IMG/VR virus record: IMGVR_UViG_2690316028_000001
Location: 1-5,153 of that record
Source of the DNA: a virus
Lineage: Duplodnaviria > Heunggongvirae > Uroviricota > Caudoviricetes
Direction: 5' to 3' (one strand)
Length of the DNA: 5,153 nucleotides
Shown in pieces: positions 1 to 5,153 of the stretch. The translations under genes and the position numbers were made by a program. A model generated the notes under the pieces. That model ran no database searches. It saw only the letters and a list, made by a program, of their open reading frames with translations, and was not told the DNA's origin. Position 1 is the stretch's first letter, and each line of letters opens with the position of its first letter.

Positions 1-44
1 AGAGGCGTGTCCAAGCGAGGGGGATATCTTCAATATTGAGGTAA
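1..44 (+). CDS. 3' end of an upstream gene (partial, start outside window)
   Basis: Frame 3 is open from position 3 to a TAA at 42-44, which overlaps the ATG at 44-46 of the next gene (TAATG). Only about 14 codons are visible, so identity is unknown. Confidence 0.3.
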   Translation, partial: RRVQARGISSILR

Positions 45-661
45 TGCCGCTCTACACCGTCCCTCCAGCGCCGGTATCTGTGCCCGCTGCGATGGAAATG
101 GATGATGACTTTGACAGCGCGTTTGAACACGGAAAAGCTGTCGGCTGGAACGCCTATCGCGCCGCCATGCTTCAGGCCGAACCTGTAAGTAATAGTGATG
201 AGTTACCGCTGGACTATCTGCAAGGACACAAAGACGGCCTGGAGTGGGCTGCACAATTGGCAGAAGCCAATCATCCACAAACAGGTGACTGGCTGTACGA
301 TGACCCAATCGATCTTGCACGGGCGATTAGCAAAGGTCCAGATATGCCTACCGCTCAGGCTGGCAACCATACCGAGCAACACCTCTACATGGTAGACCAT
401 TCTGGTGATGCCAACAAAATGGTGGCTGGCAACTCTCCGGTGATTCCGGATGGATGGAAACTTGTTCCGATTGACCCAACAAAAGATATGTTGCGTGCTG
501 GACAATCGGTGGTTGGGTTCTGGCTGAATACAGTGCATTGCTACTCGAAAATGCTCGCCGCCGCACCAGCAGCGCCGAAGCAGGAGGTTACTCAGGCGCT
601 TGCCAAAGGCATGGAACGTTATGGCGATGCCATGCAAAAACTCGCAGATAGTGGTGACTGA
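44..661 (+). CDS. Hypothetical phage protein, 205 aa, function unknown (nin-region accessory gene)
   Basis: Long ORF in the same orientation as the flanking phage genes, with GAGG at 38-41 and a TAATG stop/start overlap with the upstream frame. Acidic N-terminus (MEMDDDFDSAFEH) and Ala/Pro-rich tail. I recognise no family or catalytic motif. Confidence 0.6.
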   Translation: MPLYTVPPAPVSVPAAMEMDDDFDSAFEHGKAVGWNAYRAAMLQAEPVSNSDELPLDYLQGHKDGLEWAAQLAEANHPQTGDWLYDDPIDLARAISKGPDMPTAQAGNHTEQHLYMVDHSGDANKMVAGNSPVIPDGWKLVPIDPTKDMLRAGQSVVGFWLNTVHCYSKMLAAAPAAPKQEVTQALAKGMERYGDAMQKLADSGD

Positions 662-688
662 TTTTTGGTAATCATTTTTCAAAAGTGA

Positions 689-697
689 TGTTATAAT
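689..697 (+). promoter_or_regulatory. Candidate extended -10 promoter element (TGtTATAAT)
   Basis: TGTTATAAT at 689-697 matches the extended -10 consensus TGnTATAAT exactly; there is no good -35. The predicted start (~704-706) falls at the beginning of the hairpin region. Confidence 0.3.
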
Positions 698-698
698 T

Positions 699-760
699 AA
701 GTCGCAGTCGGTCTGAACAGCCGGTTGCGACTTCTGCGCATTTAAGGGGACTTAAATGCG
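699..760 (+). promoter_or_regulatory. Tandem stem-loops in the intergenic region upstream of ninB (possible tR2-like terminator or RNA regulatory structure)
   Basis: Hairpin 1: 699-711 (aagtcgcagtcgg) pairs with 721-733 (ccggttgcgactt), 13 bp including two G-U pairs, 9-nt loop. Hairpin 2: perfect 10-bp stem 737-746 (cgcatttaag) with 751-760 (cttaaatgcg), GGGA loop. Neither is followed by a U-tract. Confidence 0.35.
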
Positions 761-847
761 ACCACAATCTGAACTCCTCACCTTGTCACAGATGCAGAAA
801 TGCACCTGCGATTTTCTTCATTCTGCGTTACCTCTCGGAGGTGGCGT

Positions 848-1285
848 ATGAAACAGCCTGTTTTCTACCTCCGCGACGAACGCGTTCGCGATAACCTCAT
901 CGACTACATCAGGAAGCTGCCTGTTAACGACGCTCTGCCGCTCGTGGTGAAGTTTTCTGAGGCTGACCGCACTCTCGCCCAAAACGACCTCTTCCACGCT
1001 CTCTGTGGCGATACAGCGAAGCAATTGCAATGGGCTGGCAAGTCGCGCGACCTCGCTTCATGGAAAGTCCTGTATGTCTCAGGCCATGCCATTGCCACCG
1101 GTAAGCCTGGTGAAGTGGTGCCGGGTCTGGAAGGGGAGTTCTGCGCCATCCGGGAAAGCACTGCGAAGATGGGCATCCGTCGCATGACCAGTCTCATCGA
1201 ATACAGCCAGGCATTTGCTGTGCAAAACGGCGTGCAACTCCGTGAAGTTCGCTACTCAGGTGATTACTTCGGGAGGGTTGCGTAA
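848..1285 (+). CDS. ninB: NinB (Orf-family recombination mediator), 145 aa
   Basis: Resembles lambda NinB in length and sequence pattern (e.g. LAQNDLFHALCGD...QWAGK...ASWK versus lambda LDQNRKLWACLGD...EWHGR...ESWK, from memory). GGAGGTG at 837-843 sits a few nt before ATG 848. The ORF-track start at 800 has no RBS and adds a non-homologous extension. Confidence 0.85.
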   Translation: MKQPVFYLRDERVRDNLIDYIRKLPVNDALPLVVKFSEADRTLAQNDLFHALCGDTAKQLQWAGKSRDLASWKVLYVSGHAIATGKPGEVVPGLEGEFCAIRESTAKMGIRRMTSLIEYSQAFAVQNGVQLREVRYSGDYFGRVA

Positions 1286-1455
1286 TGGCTAGCCCTCTCG
1301 CTCGCATCATCACCAACGAAATCTACCGGGTCCGGACACGCACTAAGCGCAAGCCTGAACTCAAGCCATCCGAAATCCCATCACTGCTCGGCTACACCGC
1401 GCGACTGACCCAGGTGAAATGGGATCGCCTGAAAGCGCGGAGGTCACATGGCTGA
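1285..1455 (+). CDS. ninE: NinE-like small basic protein, 56 aa
   Basis: Not in the ORF track (under 60 aa). ATG 1285-1287 overlaps the ninB stop (TAATG). Translation [56 protein letters not shown] is basic with a W-D/I-R-(W/L) motif, like lambda NinE (about 60 aa). Confidence 0.65.
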   Translation: MASPLARIITNEIYRVRTRTKRKPELKPSEIPSLLGYTARLTQVKWDRLKARRSHG

Positions 1456-1738
1456 TTTGAGAAAAGCAGCGCGTGGTCGGGAATGCCAGGTAAGAATCCC
1501 TGGCGTATGTAATGGCAATCCTGAAACGTCTGTACTGGCACATATCCGGCTGGCTGGATTGTGCGGCACCGGTATTAAACCGCCAGACCTTATTGCCACC
1601 ATTGCATGCTCTGCCTGTCACGACGAGATCGACCGCCGTACACATTTTGTCGATGCTGAGTATGCTAAAGAATGCGCGCTGGAAGGTATGGCGAGAACGC
1701 AGGTTATCTGGCTGAAAGAGGGGGTAATCAAGGCATGA
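1448..1738 (+). CDS. ybcO: DUF1364 / YbcO-like Cys/His-rich protein (putative His-Me finger nuclease), 96 aa
   Basis: GGAGG at 1439-1443 four nt before ATG 1448; overlaps the ninE 3' end by 8 nt. Cys/His-rich ([12 protein letters not shown]...[11 protein letters not shown]...CSACHDEID). Sits between ninE and rusA as ybcO does in DLP12. Confidence 0.7.
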   Translation: MADLRKAARGRECQVRIPGVCNGNPETSVLAHIRLAGLCGTGIKPPDLIATIACSACHDEIDRRTHFVDAEYAKECALEGMARTQVIWLKEGVIKA

Positions 1739-2097
1739 ATACTTACAACATCACATTGCCCTGGCCGCCGAGCAATAACCGCTACTACCGCCATAATCGC
1801 AGGCGCACGCACATCAGCACAGAGGGGCAGGCGTACCGCGACAGTGTCGCCAGAATCATCAAAGACTCAATGCTGGATATCGGCCTGGCTACACCCGTGA
1901 AAATACGCATTGAGTGCCATATGCCGGATCGCCGCCGCCGCGACCTGGACAATCTGCAAAAGGCCGCGTTCGACGCCCTGACGAAATCCGGGTTCTGGCT
2001 CGATGACCAACAAGTCGACTACTACAGCGTGAAGAGAATGCCGGTCGTCAAAGGCGGCAGACTTGAACTGACCATTACTGAACTTGAGTCCGCATGA
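1735..2097 (+). CDS. rusA: RusA Holliday-junction resolvase, 120 aa
   Basis: N-terminus [28 protein letters not shown]... and the core ...[38 protein letters not shown]...GGRLELTI match my recollection of E. coli RusA (120 aa). ATG 1735 overlaps the ybcO-like stop (ATGA). The ORF-track start at 1672 adds an unsupported 21-aa extension. Confidence 0.9.
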   Translation: MNTYNITLPWPPSNNRYYRHNRRRTHISTEGQAYRDSVARIIKDSMLDIGLATPVKIRIECHMPDRRRRDLDNLQKAAFDALTKSGFWLDDQQVDYYSVKRMPVVKGGRLELTITELESA

Positions 2098-2234
2098 CAT
2101 TCGAATCCTACTTTGCTGATCATCTTCGTCTGCGATGGACTCGGTTACGCATCTATCGTCACCCGGGTTCATTTGCTACGGACTACCGAATACTGAAGAA
2201 TTACGTGAAAACTTATGCTGGAGAAGCGCTATGA
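2094..2234 (+). CDS. ylcG: Small basic protein, 46 aa, YlcG-like (DLP12 rusA-Q intergenic ORF)
   Basis: Not in the ORF track. ATG 2094 overlaps the rusA stop (ATGA) and its TGA at 2232-2234 overlaps the Q ATG (ATGA). Translation [46 protein letters not shown]. Same size and position as DLP12 ylcG. Confidence 0.5.
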   Translation: MTFESYFADHLRLRWTRLRIYRHPGSFATDYRILKNYVKTYAGEAL

Positions 2235-3061
2235 ACCTTGAAAACACAGTGAAATACCACTTCGCAAAATCCACGCTGATTAGCGATTCTCCGCGCGCTA
2301 CCGCCTCCGATTCACTGACCGGTACCGACATCATGGCGGCAATAGGCATGACTCAGGAACGCGCTGCTATGGGGTACAGTGCTTTCCTCGGCAAGATGGG
2401 CATAAGCAATAACGACCGGGATCGGGCTATCGGACTGCTGGCTGAGTACGCGATGACCAAATGTGACAAGGTTGCCGCGCTGCGTAAGTTGGATTTCGGG
2501 GTTAAGCCTCAGGTGATGTACCAGTTGGCCACCTTCGCATTTGAGGATTATTCCCGCAGCGCAGCCAGTGTAAAACGGTGCGATTGCTGCAACGGTGAGG
2601 GCTTTATTGATGCTGAGGTATTCAGTATGAAAACCAATACGCCGGCACATGCAAAAGAAATCATTAAGGCATCAAAAGCGTTTGGTTTGAAGGTGATACC
2701 TTCGCAGCACCAAAACAGGCGTGAGGTAAAAGAGATAACGCGCGTTCTCTGTCCTCAGTGCAAAGGGAAAAAAGCCATCAGTTGCGCATGTAGTGATTGC
2801 CGTGGCCGTGGGAAAGCGGTGAATCAGAAGGAAACGAAGCAGCAAGGCGTTCCAGTATTCAGCACCTGCAAGCGCTGTGGCGGTCGCGGATATGAGCGCA
2901 TCCCGTCAACTGAGGCCCACGCAGCTGTTTGCCAGATTACGGATGTAATCAGCCTGGATACGTGGAAGAAGTCCGTTAAACCGTTCTATGATCAGCTGAT
3001 TACGAAATTCGATATTGAAGAGGCATGGGCAGAAAACCAACTGAAACAAATAACACGATAA
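2231..3061 (+). CDS. Q: Late-gene antitermination protein Q (long Q family, Cys-rich zinc-finger region), 276 aa
   Basis: N-terminus [33 protein letters not shown]... resembles enterobacterial prophage Q proteins as I recall them. GGAG at 2220-2223 seven nt before ATG 2231. Four CxxCxG-type Cys pairs. Immediately followed by a PR'/tR'-like region and the lysis genes. The ORF-track start at 2135 has no RBS. Confidence 0.85.
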   Translation: MNLENTVKYHFAKSTLISDSPRATASDSLTGTDIMAAIGMTQERAAMGYSAFLGKMGISNNDRDRAIGLLAEYAMTKCDKVAALRKLDFGVKPQVMYQLATFAFEDYSRSAASVKRCDCCNGEGFIDAEVFSMKTNTPAHAKEIIKASKAFGLKVIPSQHQNRREVKEITRVLCPQCKGKKAISCACSDCRGRGKAVNQKETKQQGVPVFSTCKRCGGRGYERIPSTEAHAAVCQITDVISLDTWKKSVKPFYDQLITKFDIEEAWAENQLKQITR

Positions 3062-3087
3062 CGGCTATGGAAGTTAATTCCAGCTAT

Positions 3088-3125
3088 TTACTTTTCCCGA
3101 ATCTGTGTTAATTTTATCCCAACGA
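3088..3125 (+). promoter_or_regulatory. PR'-like late promoter with expected qut (Q-utilisation) site
   Basis: -35-like TTTACT at 3088-3093 and extended -10 TGtTAATTT at 3106-3114, followed by CAACGATGGGTTAATTCGCTCG, which closely resembles the lambda PR' initial transcribed/pause region as I recall it. Exact +1 not determinable here. Confidence 0.45.
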
Positions 3126-3317
3126 TGGGTTAATTCGCTCGTTGTGGTAGTGAGATAAAAAGAGGCGGCGCTTACTACCGATTCCGCCTAGTTGGTCACT
3201 TCGACGTATCGTCTGGAACTCCAACCATCGCAGGCTGAGAGGTCTGTAAAATGCAATCCCGAAACAGTTCGCAGGTAATAGTTAGAGCCTGCATAACGGT
3301 TTCGGGATTTTTTATTT
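3121..3317 (+). ncRNA. 6S-like short late leader transcript (PR' to tR')
   Basis: About 195 nt between the putative PR' start and the tR' U-tract, the length class of the lambda 6S RNA. The sequence looks near-identical to my recollection of the lambda PR'-tR' leader. Confidence 0.4.
3255..3317 (+). terminator. tR'-like intrinsic terminator (the terminator Q-modified RNAP reads through)
   Basis: Outer stem 3257-3265 with 3299-3307 (tcccgaaac / gtttcggga), inner stem gcagg 3271-3275 with cctgc 3288-3292, followed by TTTTTTATTT at 3308-3317. Confidence 0.7.
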
Positions 3318-3392
3318 GGGTCAGTCGTATAAAGGTCATTACGGAAGGCTGTTAACCTTCTTATCGTGGTTCGAGTCCACGCTGTCCCGCCA
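3318..3392 (+). tRNA. tRNA-Asn (anticodon GUU), phage-encoded
   Basis: Manual cloverleaf. Acceptor 3318-3324 with 3382-3388 (6/7 bp, one U-U mismatch), U8, D stem 3327-3330 with 3339-3342, GG in the D loop. Anticodon stem gaagg 3344-3348 with ccttc 3356-3360, loop CUGUUAA (anticodon 3351-3353). T arm cgtgg-TTCGAGT-ccacg (3365-3381), discriminator G3389, encoded CCA 3390-3392. Confidence 0.65.
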
Positions 3393-3442
3393 AATACCTA
3401 CCAGGACCATAAGAGCAAAAGCTCAACGCACTACCCTCTATT

Positions 3443-3468
3443 GCCCACCGCGCCGTGGGCTTTTTTAT
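3443..3468 (+). terminator. Intrinsic terminator downstream of the tRNA
   Basis: GC-rich stem gcccac 3443-3448 with gtgggc 3455-3460, 6-nt loop, followed by TTTTTTATT from 3461. Confidence 0.6.
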
Positions 3469-3574
3469 TGCAGGCCGCAGATATCATTTTCAGATGCCAT
3501 GTAGCAATCAGAGTCTGACGGCCTTTCCCCTACAAACACACACAGCACCATCCGGAAAATCGGAGGTGAGGCCT

Positions 3575-3898
3575 ATGATAATGCCATACAAACAAGATTT
3601 CATCGCTGCGCTACTTGCCGCCAAGGAGCAGGGTATTGGTGCAATGCTGGCTTTTATCATGGCGTATCTGCGTGGTCGCTATAACGGCGGCGCGGTAACA
3701 AAAACGCTAATTGATGCGCTGATGTGCGCGATGATTGCCTGGTTCGTTCGTGACCTTCTGGACTTTATCGGCCTGAGCAGCAACCTCGCCTACATAGCCA
3801 GCGTCTTTATTGGATACATCGGCACCGATTCGATCGGCAATCTTATTAAAAAACTTGCAGCAAAAAAGGCGGGAGTTGACGATGCAAACCAGTCCTGA
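3575..3898 (+). CDS. S: Class I holin, lambda S family, 107 aa
   Basis: Translation [39 protein letters not shown]...[22 protein letters not shown] is very close to my recollection of lambda S107 ([39 protein letters not shown]...). Dual in-frame starts ATG 3575 and ATG 3581 (Met1-Ile2-Met3); GGAGGTGAGG at 3562-3571. Confidence 0.9.
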   Translation: MIMPYKQDFIAALLAAKEQGIGAMLAFIMAYLRGRYNGGAVTKTLIDALMCAMIAWFVRDLLDFIGLSSNLAYIASVFIGYIGTDSIGNLIKKLAAKKAGVDDANQS

Positions 3899-4331
3899 CG
3901 GAATTGCTCTGATAAAAAAATTTGAAGGTTGTCGGCTGACTGCTTACCCCGACCCCGGAACGGGAGATGCGCCGTGGACCATCGGCTATGGCTGGACCCA
4001 TCCGGTTGACGGAAAGCCAGTAAAGCGCGGTATGACTATCGACCAGCAAACCGCTGACAGGCTTCTGAAAACAGGGCTTGTTGGTTATGAGAATGACGTG
4101 CTGAAAGTTGTCAGGGTGAAGCTGACACAAGGCCAGTTCGACGCACTGGTGTCGTTCGCTTACAACGTTGGGTCGCGTGCTCTTTCCACATCTACACTGC
4201 TGAAAAAGCTGAATGCTGGCGATATAAAAGGCGCGGCAGATGAATTTCTGCGCTGGAATAAATCAGGCGGAAAGGTGATGCCGGGGCTCACGAATCGCCG
4301 CAAGGCAGAGCGAGCTCTGTTCCTGTCATGA
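3882..4331 (+). CDS. Endolysin, GH24 phage lysozyme (P22 gp19-like), 149 aa
   Basis: N-terminus [24 protein letters not shown]...TIGYGWT and C-terminus ...[11 protein letters not shown] resemble P22 gp19 lysozyme (recalled), with the T4-lysozyme-type Glu-8aa-Asp...Thr catalytic arrangement. No signal or SAR sequence. GGGAG at 3871-3875 before ATG 3882; 17-nt overlap with the holin 3' end. Confidence 0.9.
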   Translation: MQTSPDGIALIKKFEGCRLTAYPDPGTGDAPWTIGYGWTHPVDGKPVKRGMTIDQQTADRLLKTGLVGYENDVLKVVRVKLTQGQFDALVSFAYNVGSRALSTSTLLKKLNAGDIKGAADEFLRWNKSGGKVMPGLTNRRKAERALFLS

Positions 4332-4801
4332 TTAGCGCACTGGTTAAGCGTTACTGGCTGCAGTTGCTGGTGCTGGCGTTAATCGGCGCACTGGCTTTCT
4401 TCGTGAACCACTACCGCGACAACGCCATCACCTACAAAGACCAGCGCGACAAAGCCACCAAAAGTCTCCGCCTGGCTAACGACACCATCAAAGACATGCA
4501 GACCCGTCAGCGCGATGTCGCTGCACTGGATGCCAAATACACGAAGGAATTGTCCGATGCTAAAAAGACCATTAACGATTTGCGTCGTGATGTCGATTCT
4601 GGCGCTAAACGGCTGCGCATCGCTGCAACCTGCCCTGGAGTGCCAAAAGCCACCTCCTCCACCGGCGTGGATGATGCAGGAGCCCCCGAACTTACTCCAG
4701 ACGCTCGACGGAATTATTTCGATCACCGGGACGGAATCGCAACCGCTGACAAAATGATTCGCGGCATGCAGGACTACATCAAAGAGCAGTGTCTTAAGTG
4801 A
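4328..4801 (+). CDS. Rz: Rz i-spanin (inner-membrane spanin subunit), 157 aa
   Basis: ATG 4328 overlaps the lysozyme stop (ATGA). Hydrophobic N-terminal segment ([17 protein letters not shown]) followed by a charged, coiled-coil-like periplasmic domain. Position and architecture are typical of Rz. Confidence 0.85.
   Translation: MISALVKRYWLQLLVLALIGALAFFVNHYRDNAITYKDQRDKATKSLRLANDTIKDMQTRQRDVAALDAKYTKELSDAKKTINDLRRDVDSGAKRLRIAATCPGVPKATSSTGVDDAGAPELTPDARRNYFDHRDGIATADKMIRGMQDYIKEQCLK
4557..4757 (+). CDS. Rz1: Rz1 o-spanin (outer-membrane lipoprotein) embedded in the +1 frame of Rz, 66 aa
   Basis: [22 protein letters not shown] gives a lipoprotein signal with lipobox LNGC, followed by the proline-rich [13 protein letters not shown] (lambda Rz1 has [14 protein letters not shown] as recalled). 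AAGGA at 4543-4547 before ATG 4557. The ORF-track start at 4515 is upstream of the signal peptide and less likely. Confidence 0.8.
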   Translation: MLKRPLTICVVMSILALNGCASLQPALECQKPPPPPAWMMQEPPNLLQTLDGIISITGTESQPLTK

Positions 4802-4820
4802 TTCGTCACCCAAATAACAG

Positions 4821-4848
4821 AGCCTGACTTCGGTCGGGCTTTTTTATT
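4821..4848 (+). terminator. Intrinsic terminator after the lysis cassette
   Basis: Stem agcctgac 4821-4828 with gtcgggct 4833-4840 (8 bp, one U-G), TTCG tetraloop, then TTTTTTATT. Confidence 0.7.
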
Positions 4849-4872
4849 CCCAGAAGAAGCAGGAGAAGAAGC

Positions 4873-5073
4873 ATGTTAACAGTAAAAGTAATGTCGCCAG
4901 GTGGCGGTGAAGAGATTCATTGCGGGTTGAGTGTAGGGTTCAATCCGGGGCAGCAGAGCATCGCGGTATCGGGAATGGACAAAAATGTATTCCTGAAACC
5001 TGGCGAGGTCGCCTACGTGATGAACCAGAACGGGAAGACGGTATCTCGTTACGAGCATAATGACCGCCAGTAG
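4873..5073 (+). CDS. Hypothetical small protein, 66 aa, function unknown
   Basis: Strong RBS AGGAG at 4861-4865 seven nt before ATG 4873. Gly-rich soluble product (MLTVKVMSPGGGEEIHCGLSVGFNPGQQ...). No family recognised. Lies between the spanins and what would be the packaging genes. Confidence 0.45.
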   Translation: MLTVKVMSPGGGEEIHCGLSVGFNPGQQSIAVSGMDKNVFLKPGEVAYVMNQNGKTVSRYEHNDRQ

Positions 5074-5153
5074 CCATTCCAAAGCTCACCTGCTGGTGGG
5101 CTTGATAATGGATATCCCCCTGAGCGGATAAATCAAAAATAACCCCTGCAACG

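Noticed and set aside
203-682. 159-aa ORF on the minus strand (and nested minus-strand ORFs 30-320 and 348-566) overlapping the 205-aa + strand gene
   Set aside because: It lies entirely antisense to a well-supported + strand gene in a uniformly + oriented operon, with no RBS and an odd Cys/His/Trp-rich composition, so it is most likely a shadow ORF.
800-1285. ORF-track start at 800 for ninB (161 aa)
   Set aside because: There is no RBS before ATG 800, and the extra N-terminal residues (MHLRFSSFCVTSRRWR) are not part of the NinB-like sequence; ATG 848 has GGAGGTG at the right spacing.
1672-2097. ORF-track start at 1672 for rusA (141 aa)
   Set aside because: The RusA-like sequence begins at [10 protein letters not shown] (ATG 1735), which is coupled to the upstream stop; the 21-aa extension lies inside the ybcO-like gene in another frame.
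2312-2650. Minus-strand ORFs inside Q (2312-2650) and inside Rz (4379-4813), and the + strand ORFs 195-395, 1005-1187 and 1512-1715
   Set aside because: Each is nested within or antisense to a confidently assigned gene, without an RBS or recognisable domain, and is consistent with chance ORFs in GC-balanced coding sequence.
2135-3061. ORF-track start at 2135 for Q (308 aa)
   Set aside because: There is no RBS, and it would overlap the YlcG-like ORF over most of its length; ATG 2231 has GGAG upstream and gives the MNLE... N-terminus typical of this Q family.
3316-3504. 62-aa + strand ORF (MGQSYKGHYGRLL...) between tR' and the holin
   Set aside because: It spans the tRNA-Asn cloverleaf and the downstream terminator hairpin, has no RBS and a low-complexity basic composition, so the region is better explained as RNA features.
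3455-3898. ORF-track start at 3455 for the holin, and at 3810 for the lysozyme
   Set aside because: Homology to lambda S and P22 gp19-type lysozyme begins at ATG 3575 and ATG 3882 respectively, both with a good SD; the upstream extensions lie in the terminator region or inside the holin gene.
1-5153. Possibility of a novel defence or anti-defence system, CRISPR array, toxin-antitoxin pair or mobile element
   Set aside because: There are no direct-repeat arrays, no transposase or integrase, and no pair of unknown genes in a cargo-like arrangement; nearly every gene maps to the expected lambdoid backbone. Only the single 205-aa and 66-aa unknowns remain, and they are reported as findings, not as a system.

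Overview
The window reads as one co-directional (+ strand) block of an enterobacterial lambdoid prophage, running from the nin recombination region through the late antiterminator into the lysis cassette. Gene order: 3' tip of an upstream gene; a 205-aa unknown protein; a structured intergenic region; NinB; NinE; a DUF1364/YbcO-like Cys/His protein; RusA resolvase; a 46-aa YlcG-like ORF; a long Q antiterminator; a PR'/6S-leader/tR'-like late regulatory region; a tRNA-Asn(GUU); a second terminator; lambda-S-like holin; GH24 lysozyme; Rz with embedded Rz1; a terminator; and a 66-aa unknown ORF. The order resembles DLP12-type nin/Q/lysis modules. All calls rest on reading the sequence and on recalled family resemblance, not on database searches. 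I do not see convincing evidence of a new multi-gene system; the points worth a second look are the unknown 205-aa and 66-aa proteins, the hairpin-rich region upstream of ninB, the tRNA placement, and the DnaJ-like zinc-finger repeats in Q. Minus-strand ORFs all look like shadow ORFs.
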